A stretch of DNA of 63,293 nucleotides, filler included, from Octopus bimaculoides (taxonomy: Eukaryota): assembly GCF_001194135.2 (NCBI RefSeq). It is 8 parts of 8 records of this genome, joined end to end, with 100 filler letters (N's around TTAATTAATTAA, not from the genome) between each part and the next. Parts side by side here need not be neighbours in the genome. Positions count along the whole stretch, not along the records: positions 38,214 to 56,448 come from NC_068996.1; 7 more parts are not named here. One strand, written 5' to 3'. The notes beneath the pieces are model-generated. The model was not told where the DNA came from. It saw nothing but the letters and a program-made list of their open reading frames with translations, and ran no database searches. Position numbers and translations under genes: made by a program. Of this stretch, positions 38,114-50,099 are shown piece after piece; the stretch's first letter is position 1; the number at the start of each line of letters is the position of its first letter.

Positions 38114-40515
38114 NNNNNNNNNNNNNNNNNNNNNNNNNNNNNNNNNNNNNNNNNNNNTTAATTAATTAANNNNNNNNNNNNNNNNNNNNNNNNNNNNNNN
38201 NNNNNNNNNNNNNCTTCTTCTTCTTCTTCTTCTTCTTCTTCTTCTTCTTCTTCTTCTTCTTCTTCTTCTTCTTCTTCTTCTTCTTCTTCTTCTTCATTGT
38301 CGTGACCATTTCTCCTTCAGAACATGAAAGGTACGTAGAATTTACGAATACGCACGCTTTTCCCACCATTTGTAAATTTCGCATTTATCTTACTAATTTA
38401 TAAGCTAATTAGCAAAACTCAGGTTTCCACTTAGAAGAGGCATCATGCCATCAACACCTGGCCGTTTGTTTCTGTATTCAACTCATTAATCTAACGTCTA
38501 ACTTGCTTCAAGTCACTCCGTACTATAGTTCGATTGCTATTAACTAAAAGCTTCCACTTGAGATGAAAAATTTTATAACTAAATTGAAAATTAGTCATAA
38601 TAATAAATGTTCAAATGTTTCGCAATATAATCACATTTGTACACTATTAACCTAATCCCAGACTGAGGTTTGTTATTTTAAGCTTAAATGAAATATTCTC
38701 ATTCGCACAGCAAATATCCGTGTTTATAACAATTTGAGTAAAATATATTCGGTATGAGCAAAGTTAGCCCTACAGATGTATTACCCAAAGTAATGAAAAA
38801 TTAAGTATTAAATGAAGATACTGTGATCGTTGGACAATTCATGGAAGCGTGATGTGTGTTATCTATGCTTTACTAATTATGAATAAAGTAATCATACATG
38901 TGACGCTATTTCATAGCCTCTATACAAAAACTTGGCAGTCTATAAAAGCAAGTTGTTAAGACAATTAATAATGAGAGATTTTCATTGATTCTGTACACAT
39001 AGACATTTTGTTGCATTGTGAGGTATATTTAATGTCCTATCTAAAATCTCTAGCCTAAAGAGGCCGAAGGCATACAGTAAGGTGTGTTTAAATACCACAG
39101 ACAAGCCAAAACCTCTCTTTTGTTTTCTCTGGGTTTGACTGAGAGGCTGTGCGGCCATTTGACAAGCTTGAATTTGATTACAGTTCAGTTACCAGGGTAG
39201 AATGGAAACCCACTAGACGAAGTAACAGTTTTTAGTAGACAATAGATATGATATATGTAACTTGGAATTTGATATGAAACGGCTAAAAATATGCACATGT
39301 ACTTCCTATAGCTTTCTAAAGACGAGTGTTATTTTTCTTTCCTGCTGCACTTCAGGGGAGCTATTTGAACAGAAGTTTTTATTTGAGGTTTAGCTTATTG
39401 GTCGTTTATTAAAAAGAAAGCTGGAGTGATAGTTAAAAGTCGTCAATATTGTCTATCAGCTTGAAATGGACCACTGAAAACAAATTCTTAATCTCCGCCA
39501 ATTTTCATGGAATATTATGCATATTGATTTGATGGTTTAATCGACAGTAGACATATTCTGATCATATTCTGACTGACGCAGATACGTTTACAAACAGTTT
39601 CTTGAAATAATTCTTATCGAACGACGTATCTTATCAAAAGACGTATATACTGCATTTGTTCAACTATTTTAGCATGTCACGCACTTTTCGACAGCGATAA
39701 GAAAACGTATATTGTATCAACTCATCCCATATCAAACCAGAATCAAATAGCCTGATTGAATTTCTATTGATATAATTAAAAAAAAGGCCTAATTAAAACG
39801 ACGTCATAAATGTAATCATTTTTCTCTGAGCAACGTCACATCCTTGCATTTCAGAGAATAAAATCTTGGACATTGTTGAAAGCTTTGCCATCTTTGTATT
39901 ACGGTGAGACAAACTAACAAATCATGCAATAAGAAAAGAAAAATTGGTCGTTTATGGTTAGTTCGCTGGTAGTGACCTTATTAATGTAGAAAATTATGGG
40001 AAATGCGTCACAAGTTTAATCAAAGCTTTGGTAATTACCCGATAAAAATTGGGAAAGAATATTTCTGACTCAAAAGCAACATAACTCAAAAGCAATAACA
40101 GTAAACTACCATTCATAAGCTTACTACTGTTATCTCAACAGATGTTTGCATGACACCTTTGAGAAAGCTCTAACCATTGCTAAAATAAGTCCACACATCA
40201 ATCTACAAAAGACAAAAAGCAAACAAACACTGATTCTAAAGTATCATCGGTCCAATATTCTTTGAAGAGTTGTCTGGTTAACAAATCTAGATAGAGTGGA
40301 TTACACTCGAATATGCAATCTAAAAGACTGTATTGTATTTAGACGGTTAATTATAGATTAAATAATTAAAGTTTAAAGTTTGAGGGTATTATTCCTACAG
40401 CCAGTGGAAATCAGGGTAGCATAAAATTTTGTTAAATCGTAAATAATTAAGCGTATGCTGATACATATAGGTTTCATTTTCTTGACGTTGTGGACGATTA
40501 CTTTTCACATCTTAC

Positions 40516-40855
40516 CATTTTGTAAATACAGTTCTTATGAAATCAGTTATTAAATCTATCTTTGATTCAAGAAATATCAGACAAGATTCCCATCAACTGG
40601 TGAAAAATAGTGTGATGATGTTTCAGATAAACCAAGGAGAATAGTTTCAAATATGGAAAAGATAAGCGAGAGTATGACAGAAAAATTGTAGTAGATACAT
40701 GATTAACGATTTTTCCCTCATGCTATCAACCTGCTATTGTTCAGAAACAGATTAGTATAGTTACAGGGAAACTTTATCTTTTGGGTTAGGAATAGTGAGA
40801 AACAATTGAAGAATTGTGTTTGGTCATTCTCTGGTCAAGTACTGTAAAGTACTGA
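40516..40855 (-). CDS. Candidate first exon: ~340-nt 5'UTR ending in an ATG-only coding part (ATG at 40518-40516, phase-0 donor)
   Basis: Minus strand tgtatttacaaaATG|gtaagatg with an in-frame upstream TGA. TCAGTA initiator-like motif at 40855-40850. The setting is repeat-poor. Confidence 0.4.
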
Positions 40856-41130
40856 TGGGACACATTTAATGTGATTGCACGTTATCTTTACAGAAAAGAA
40901 CATCGAGCTAAACCGGCACTCACACACTCTCTCTCTCTCTCTCTCTCTCACTGTCTGCCTTGCTCTCTCTCTCTCTCTCTCTCTCTCAGTCTGGCAATAA
41001 AAGAAAGAAACAAAGTATGAGGAATATGTGAGGAAGAGAGTGAGCAGGGGTGTAGTAGGTAAATTGAATTTGCTACAAATTTAGTTGCGAGAAAATCAGA
41101 TTGGACGCTGCTAGCAAAGCCAATCGACTA
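40850..41130 (-). promoter_or_regulatory. Putative promoter with (GA)n tracts and a pair of oppositely oriented CCAAT boxes
   Basis: CT/GA runs at 40927-40987, ATTGG at 41100-41104, and AGCCAATCG (NF-Y consensus) around 41118-41126. Confidence 0.4.
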
Positions 41131-41383
41131 TAGATGGCTGCTTGTTTGTTTAAAATCTAAGAAATCAGTTGTGTCGGTCAACGAACAGAGCAGATTAATG
41201 GTCTGTCACAGCCTATCACTGATTACAAGAAAAACTCTAAGCCTTTTCCGCCAAATCTGATGCATCATGTTGCTTACAACTTGGTCCGCATTAAATCATA
41301 CTTCCCCGTAATACCGCACATTCTAGCAACGGTTCGCTTTCCTACCTCAACTCCTTTACACCACACCTCTCATTGCTCCTCTT

Positions 41384-41430
<47 letters not shown>

Positions 41431-41454
41431 GTCTGTCTGTCTGTCTGTCTGTCA

Positions 41455-41543
<89 letters not shown>

Positions 41544-41996
41544 CATATCTATCTGCCTATCTTATCCCATCGTCTTTATACTTGAATATAGACGTGTGTT
41601 CTCTTAATAATCTGTTAACCGTTCACAGAGATAAATAATATTACTTCACCAAATCCAGAGCAAATCAGTAATAAATTCCTGTTGTTGCAGTTGTAGTTAT
41701 TGTCGTTGTTGTTGTGTTTCTTATTTTTCTTCTCTTTTACAACCTCCTTTTTCATCTACTGCTGCATCTACCATAACTCAGCGCCAGTCGTATGAAATAC
41801 AACATTGCAATTATAACTAAATTGAATGGAACCGCATCATTTGATCTTTCTACAAGCCAGCAATGAATACTTTCAACTCTAAATAGAGACTTTTATAGGA
41901 TTAGCTTTGCTTTAGAGTATTACCAATGTTTTTGGTGAGTTCTTTCATTACTTTTTACTTCTTTGCAGCACAAGAAACACAGAGAAAAAGTGTTGT

Positions 41997-42084
<88 letters not shown>

Positions 42085-42664
42085 GAGAGAAAAGAATCGG
42101 TAAATCTGGTAGGATTTCTTATGAATTCAGGGAAAATATTTTGCTTAGAAAATAATGAATTTGTTCCCTTTCCTTTTATTATTTTAACTTTTTATAAATA
42201 CCAGCCATAATCACACTAAAACCTATTGAGTATCGATGTTCGTTCGCTTATTATCTTTTTTCTTTTATTTCGATGAGGTGGGGGAATTTTTGCGTAAAGA
42301 AATATCTTTTGTGGTATTCACCCCGCCCCTGATTGTTCCATTGCTTTATTCATGTATTTATCATGTGCACATATTTGTTAACGCTTGTAATATTGGGCGT
42401 TTAACTTTTCCGATATTAATATATTTGGCAATTCATTGACTAACACCAATAGTTTTATTATAAATCCTTTCTTTTATTTCTTTTTATTTCTCTCTCTCTT
42501 TGTTTTTCCTCCCAGAAAAAATTTGGCCATGAGAATCAGAATCGATTTAATATGATGGTATATTATAGTTAGAGGATCTTTAAGATTACAGTTTGATAAT
42601 AGATCGTCTATGAAATTCCTGGCTTGATAAATGGATTATGTGGTCGATGAAACGCAACGTTGAA

Positions 42665-43400
42665 GAATGGCAGAATCGACAGGGAAACCAGATAAAATGC
42701 TTTGCAGTTGTTTTTCTTATTATTTCGTTACGTTATTACTCCGAGTTCAAATCCTCCTAGGATTGACTTTGCCGATATCATCTAGGGTCGAGAAATTGAT
42801 TATCCTTCAAATGCTTGAATCAATAAAATTTGACTATTCGTTTTATGACGAAAACATGGTGTTTTCCTATCTTCGGATTCATTATAAATGTCAGAGAATG
42901 GATTTTGGGAATCGCTAGGGAATTGGAAAAATGTGTTACTGAATTTGTTCCAGGTCTCTATGCTCATAGTTCTATTCCCGCTGAGGCCAATTTTGCTTTC
43001 ATGCATTCGGGATCATTACAATAAAGTGCCAATTAAATATTAGGATCGTTTTATTTGATTGAACTCTCCTAATTATACAATACTTCAAATGCTTAGCGGT
43101 ATTTCGTCTGTCTTTACGTTCTGAGTTCAAAGTCCGCCGAGGTCGGCTTTGCCTTTCATCCTTTCAGGGTTCATAAATTAAGTACCAGCTACACACTGGG
43201 ATCGATTTAATCGACTGGCCCCCTCCCCCAAAATTTCCGGCCTTGTGCCTAGAGTAGAAAAGAATATTTCAGGTCTATGTTAGAAACACCTATTGTAGGA
43301 AAGGAATTGTAGCTAAGGAGAAGGATTAAGTGCCTTCAAGCATTCGGTTGTACCCCTTCACATTCAGAGTTCAAATACCTCTGAGTCTGACATTCACTCA
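42665..43400 (+). mobile_element. Cluster of about four co-oriented 57358-type SINE copies of different ages
   Basis: Diverged heads at about 42665, 42900 and 43335. A young headless copy at 43085-43268 carries tail B. Confidence 0.72.
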
Positions 43401-44802
43401 TCCTCCCTGTATCGATAACAGACAACATTAACGAAATAGTCCATATAATTTGTGATTTATGGCTAATGATTGAAACAGTACGATCGTGAAGACAAGCGGT
43501 AGAATTGGGATTCCTCCAGAGAATCTCTAGAATAACGTTGCTCGACAAGGTGCCTACCGCGGAGATTTTTGATGCGACTCTACTCTATACAGTTTTCTCT
43601 CCCTATTGTTTTCTCTCTCATCATTTCTCTAATTCCCTTCTTCTCCCCTTCACCGTTTTCTACCTCCATCTCCCCGTCTTTCACCTTTACTCTCTTTCGT
43701 TGCTCACACGTGACCGTCGTCAATATTTCTTTTCCTCACGTGATTAACTTCCTTTTCTTTCAGGGATGTCGTAAGGACTGGACGTATCCTATTTCTCTCT
43801 TCTATCTTTTCTCTTGTCAAAGAAAATATTTCTCCAGCGTTCTTTATTTTACCCTCGTTCTGGTCTAACGACCCTCCGTATTTGTTTTTGCTCGGTTTCC
43901 TTGTATATCTCCACTGTCCTGTGTTTCTGACCCTCCATAAATCCCAAATTTTATTTTTGTACTTATGGTAGCAACTGTCTTCGAAGACTNNNNNNNNNNN
44001 NNNNNNNNNNNNNNNNNNNNNNNNNNNNNNNNNNNNNNNNNNNNNNNNNNNNNNNNNNNNNNNNNNNNNNNNNNNNNNNNNNNNNNNNNNNNNNNNNNNN
44101 NNNNNNNNNNNNNNNNNNNNNNNNNNNNNNNNNNNNNNNNNNNNNNNNNNNNNNNNNNNNNNNNNNNNNNNNNNNNNNNNNNNNNNNNNNNNNNNNNNNN
44201 NNNNNNNNNNNNNNNNNNNNNNNNNNNNNNNNNNNNNNNNNNNNNNNNNNNNNNNNNNNNNNNNNNNNNNNNNNNNNNNNNNNNNNNNNNNNNNNNNNNN
44301 NNNNNNNNNNNNNNNNNNNNNNNNNNNNNNNNNNNNNNNNNNNNNNNNNNNNNNNNNNNNNNNNNNNNNNNNNNNNNNNNNNNNNNNNNNNNNNNNNNNN
44401 NNNNNNNNNNNNNNNNNNNNNNNNNNNNNNNNNNNNNNNNNNNNNNNNNNNNNNNNNNNNNNNNNNNNNNNNNNNNNNNNNNNNNNNNNNNNNNNNNNNN
44501 NNNNNNNNNNNNNNNNNNNNNNNNNNNNNNNNNNNNNNNNNNNNNNNNNNNNNNNNNNNNNNNNNNNNNNNNNNNNNNNNNNNNNNNNNNNNNNNNNNNN
44601 NNNNNNNNNNNNNNNNNNNNNNNNNNNNNNNNNNNNNNNNNNNNNNNNNNNNNNNNNNNNNNNNNNNNNNNNNNNNNNNNNNNNNNNNNNNNNNNNNNNN
44701 NNNNNNNNNNNNNNNNNNNNNNNNNNNNNNNNNNNNNNNNNNNNNNNNNNNNNNNNNNNNNNNNNNNNNNNNNNNNNNNNNNNNNNNNNNNNNNNNNNNN
44801 NN

Positions 44803-44849
<47 letters not shown>

Positions 44850-45075
44850 CATACATATGAGAGGGGATGGCCACTAAAGGGACATCCATTATGTTAGAAA
44901 TAGACCATCTACGGTCATCGTAGACCGGTTTCGCCATTAACGCAAAATTTACTTTCGTAACACGTCCGTGGCTCATCAGTACGACCGTTCTAATTCAATA
45001 TAATTTGCAGAACAATACACGAGTTGTCCACATAAAATTAGACATGCGTACAGTTCTACCGATTACATTGGGATT
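44850..45075 (-). mobile_element. About 225-bp hammerhead-bearing short element between (TA)n runs (PLE-LTR or retrozyme-like)
   Basis: Unique, relatively GC-richer segment bounded by TA runs and containing a canonical hammerhead. Confidence 0.55.
44917..44985 (-). ncRNA. Canonical type-I hammerhead ribozyme
   Basis: Minus strand gtcgta-CTGATGA-GCCA-(32 nt including ttac-GAAA-gtaa hairpin)-TGGC-GAAA-CCGG-TC-tacgat. All core nucleotides are canonical: 6-bp helix I, G10.1-C11.1 pair, palindromic ACCGGT helix III. GUC cleavage is predicted between 44923 and 44922. Confidence 0.8.
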
Positions 45076-45477
45076 ATATATATATACATATATGGCAAAT
45101 AAGAAAATGGAGAGGATATAAAGTCGGCAAACATCAGCCAGTAAACTTTGCATTATATCTATCTATTTTTTTAATTTATTTCTTTATTTGTACCACTTAA
45201 ACACATCCTTGTTACCATTTAATAAATAGATACAATGGAATGTCGATTTTATATCCTCTCCATTTTCTTGCCTTATAAATCCTGGGTAAATTTCCAATTT
45301 ACCTCCACCCATATTCAACTGCAATATTGCCCTGCAATAGTAAGCACTTGGTTAAAAATACGTTGCTACACATCCAGTAGTATATTGGATATTTAATATC
45401 CCTTAGATGGTTTCTTAAAATCTAACTCGTACAGACATACACACACACACGCGCGCGCGCGCGCACACACACACATA

Positions 45478-45715
45478 TGTTTACTCATTCTCATTTACTC
45501 ATTTACTTGTTTCAGTCATTTGACTGTGGCCATGCTGGAGCACCGCCTTTAGTCGAACAAATCGACCCTAGGACTTATTCTTTGTAAGCCTAGTACTTAT
45601 ACTGTCGGCCTCTTTTTGCCGAACCGCTAAGTTACGGGGACGTAAACACACCAGCATCGGTTGTCAAGTGATGTTGGGGGGGGACAAACACAGACACACA
45701 AACATATACTCACAC
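45478..45715 (-). mobile_element. 12966-type SINE, 3' half
   Basis: cttgtttcagtcatttgactgtggccatgctggagcaccgcc...ggacaaacacagacac, the same body as 28600-28830. Confidence 0.88.
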
Positions 45716-45737
45716 ACATACATATATATATATATAT

Positions 45738-45931
45738 GGGAGAATATACAAATAATAACAACAGACGAGGACAGGTGGTGTAAATAACAAAAGTATATAT
45801 TAGTATGACGCTCGGGAATACGGAAAGTATTTGACGTTTCGAGCTACGCTCTTCAACAGAAAGAATATGGAGACAAGGAGAAAAACACGGAGAAAAAAAA
45901 TTGAATAGTGTTCAGTCAACGGTCAATCATA
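45738..45931 (-). mobile_element. Second copy of the ~195-bp hammerhead-bearing element, with motif at 45828-45864
   Basis: Only a few differences from 13915-14110, one of them in helix I. Inserted in the TA run adjoining the SINE 3' half. Confidence 0.72.
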
Positions 45932-45941
45932 NNNNNNNNNN

Positions 45942-45977
<36 letters not shown>

Positions 45978-46669
45978 AGAGAATGGGAGAAGTGTGTGTG
46001 TGTGTGTGTGTGTGCATGTTAGTGGATGAGCGTGTTTTCGGCAATAAAAGTGGCTATCAGAAAGGAAACTCTGTTACAGTTATCCGGCTAGAGAAGGTGC
46101 TTCGTTGTAATGCTTAAAATGAGAGTCACGTGATGTTACATTGTTCCGGACCACCGTTAATACGAAGTGGCAAGTATCTGGCCATTCTTTTATTTGGGTT
46201 TTATTTCTTTGAATGAAGACACTTGAAGAAATTGAGACAATAACATTGGCATGACATCTCATTTGATTCAATTTTCTTGCCTTTATGCTAAATACACTCG
46301 AAATAAATTTCGTTTCTTTACTCTGCAACCTTTTTAACTATTTGTTTATTTTATCTTTCCCTACTGAGCTACTTGTTGTTGTTATTTTTTTGTTTGGGGA
46401 ATTTTTTGATATGATTTTTATTTTATTTATTTATTGTTTTGTTCATTTATTTATTTTGTTTACACCTCATTTGTTTATCAAGAGGATTTTTTTTCTTTTT
46501 TTAAACTTTTTATGTCTTCCAAACCCTGCTCAGACAACAAAACTGCGATATGAACATGGTCTAAATACAAAAAGAAAAAAAAAGAAATGAATAATAAAGA
46601 AGCAAAATATTAAACAATAGAAACAAGTATAGGGATAAGGAGGTGGCAATGGAGGGATGATGATGATGG

Positions 46670-46720
<51 letters not shown>

Positions 46721-46740
46721 CGATGATAATAATAATAATG

Positions 46741-46802
<62 letters not shown>

Positions 46803-46901
46803 CTCCAGAGCAAACAAGAGAGAATAAAGGTGTTTGCTTAGAACCGAGACGACAACTAGTTCGGTTTGATAAGTAAGCGAAAGGGAGAGGGGCGGAGACA
46901 G

Positions 46902-46946
<45 letters not shown>

Positions 46947-47024
46947 TACAGAGACACAGGGTGATGGAGAGAAAGTCAGAGAGGGAGACACGCATGGAAA
47001 GAAAGAAAGGAAGGAAGGAAGGAA

Positions 47025-47082
<58 letters not shown>

Positions 47083-47604
47083 ATAAAAGAAAGAAGAAGA
47101 GCAAAGAATGAGCGAGAAAATAGTAAAGAGAACAGAAAAACGGAACGTATATTTTGTTACCGAATTAAGCGTATATATACACACACACACACNNNNNNNN
47201 NNNNNNNNNNNNNNNNNNNNNNNNNNNNNNNNNNNNNNNNNNNNNNNNNNNNNNNNNNNNNNNNNNNNNNNNNNNNNNNNNNNNNNNNNNNNNNNNNNNN
47301 NNNNNNNNNNNNNNNNNNNNNNNNNNNNNNNNNNNNNNNNNNNNNNNNNNNNNNNNNNNNNNNNNNNNNNNNNNNNNNNNNNNNNNNNNNNNNNNNNNNN
47401 NNNNNNNNNNNNNNNNNNNNNNNNNNNNNNNNNNNNNNNNNNNNNNNNNNNNNNNNNNNNNNNNNNNNNNNNNNNNNNNNNNNNNNNNNNNNNNNNNNNN
47501 NNNNNNNNNNNNNNNNNNNNNNNNNNNNNNNNNNNNNNNNNNNNNNNNNNNNNNNNNNNNNNNNNNNNNNNNNNNNNNNNNNNNNNNNNNNNNNNNNNNN
47601 NNNN

Positions 47605-47659
<55 letters not shown>

Positions 47660-47662
<3 letters not shown>

Positions 47663-47820
47663 GATGGGCCTCCTTCAGTTTCCGTCTACTAAATCGACTC
47701 ACAAGGTTTTGATCGATCGGTCCGAGGCTGTATTAGAAGACACTTGCCCAAGATGCCACGCTGTGGGACTAAACCTAGAACCTTGTGGTTGGGAACCAAA
47801 CTCCCTACCATACAGTCACT
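47660..47820 (-). mobile_element. 12966-type SINE, 5' half, moderately diverged
   Basis: acgatgggcctccttcagtttccgtctac...gacacttgcccaagatgccacgctgtgggactaaacc. Confidence 0.8.
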
Positions 47821-48476
47821 TCTATATATATATATATAAGTGTATATGAGTGTGTGCGTGTGAGTGTATGTGTGCACGTGTATATGTATGTGTATGTACA
47901 TTCGCTTAACCACACACACACCAGCATTGCCATAAATATTAAAGAACACTTGAATCCACAGAGATCAGATAATGGAACAACGAATGCGCGTGCGTATGCT
48001 CATACGTACATATATTCATAAATATATGCATCTATGCATGCCTGCATGTAGAAAGTTTGATATCATCTTTACAATGAAACTAAAACAGTCTACTGTAGTT
48101 CCTGCGTACTTTTGACCCTTTGACAGGAAATCATCAGATGAAGATATTAGAGACGAACGAATTAAAAGAAAACAATTTGAAGATTATTTAAGAAGACAGC
48201 CATTTTAAATATACATGTTTTTCTAGTTATGAGAACACATGAAAAGCAATAAAATTATACATTAACTATTTGTCAACACCATATTCAACAATTTTTTAAC
48301 ATCCTTCAAAAATCATCATCGTCGTGGTTATCCTCCTCCTCCTCCTCCTCCTCCTCCTTCTCATCATCATCATCTTTATCATCATCATCACCGCCATCAA
48401 CATCACGACCATAATCTTCAAAACCCACCACCCTCAGCAGCTGAAATAGCAGTAGTAGTAGTAGTAATGGTGGTGC

Positions 48477-48527
<51 letters not shown>

Positions 48528-49074
48528 AAGTAGTAGTAGTAGTAGTAGCAGCTGCAGTTACAACAGTAGCAGCAGCAATAGCTGTAAAATTACCTACCAT
48601 TAAAATACAAACTATTTAAAATAAACGATAAATATAAGTCGGTTTTGAAGAATTACACGTTAATCTCTGGAAACCATTCTCAAATCACACGAAAATATAT
48701 TAACTACTTACTGTGGGAGAGAGTTTACAGTTACAGCAATAATCCCTTTTACAGAGATTACAGCTCGATTCTAGACGTATTAAATTAATCTCAATTCTAA
48801 GATATCTAAATACATTGCTACCTTATCTCTACATGGAAGCATATTACGCTGCTATATCAGTGATAATCGATGAATGACATCTGCCTCTCAGACTAAGAGC
48901 AGTGGTGAATGATTTAGGAACTACGCAGTGATCTTTTCTGATCACCCTTGAAGGATAACTCTCTACCTACATGTAAAATTATATACCTGTGTTTGCCTGT
49001 CTTTTTCAGTGTCTATTTCTCTGCAAATACTCCCTATTATACATCCATACATGTACACATACGTATCCATACAT

Positions 49075-49176
<102 letters not shown>

Positions 49177-49339
49177 GCACACACATTAATATGTATATAC
49201 GTATAAATGTATGTATATCTGTATACACACATATATGTATATGTATATTGTATAAATTTAAACGAATATGTATGTTTCAATGAGTGTGTCTGTGAAATTA
49301 AGTAAATGACAAGGAGACAGGAAATTATGTAATGAATTT

Positions 49340-49640
49340 CATTAGCTTACAGCTGTTTCTGCTATAGGATGCAGTGCACATAGAGCTGAGTGTTTGTTCA
49401 TCATCTGAAAGGTTCCTCCACAAGAACCCAGACATAAGGAAATCAGCAACGACATATAGAAAGTAAAAGAATCTAAAATCTAGAAAGAGAGAAAGAGAGA
49501 GAGGGGGAAACGGAGAGAAAGAAAAGGAAGGAAAGAGAAAGAGAGGGAGAGATGAGAAGATGAGGCTAGATTGTAAAAGATAAATAAGGGAAAGGCCTGT
49601 TAATGTAGTGTTAGGGATTCTAACGATTCTACCAAAATTG
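49340..49640 (-). mobile_element. Degenerate Penelope-LTR-like segment with a hammerhead 3' half
   Basis: Minus strand GAAACAGCTGTAag (as at 30164), with gaTGATGA about 45 nt upstream. Helix II pairs poorly. Confidence 0.3.
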
Positions 49641-50099
49641 ACAATTACGGGCTTCTACAATACCTAAAACACCAAAGAAGGGTAGAAATATTGGGTATTT
49701 CGAATCCAGCTTTTAAACCGAGCCTTGCATTATCTGAACTGTCGGATTCAAGACTGATATCAAAATTCGTCAGATTTTCGTGAAAGTAAAACCATTTCTG
49801 TGGGTTTAGCAAAGAGCAAACATAAGAAAGCAAAGAAGGATTTTAACACATCAATGACCAATTAACGTACCTTTGATGCCGGTCTAAGGAAGCGCCACTC
49901 TAATATTTAAAACCGCATATTTGATTAATGTATTAATTTATGCTTTGATGAATATATCGATATAATTGTGGATTCGAGGGGTTATCGGTCGGCGGGCGTC
50001 GGTGCCCCTCCCAATTTTGTTCATTATTTTCGTTATCATCTCCATCTCATTAATGTGTTTGTCCGGCCCACAGCTATTCTGTATACTGCCTTTATGGCA

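Noticed and set aside
48095-48137. Minus-strand CTGATGA followed by a ttcctg/caggaa stem
   Set aside because: No GAAA after the stem, so the core is incomplete.
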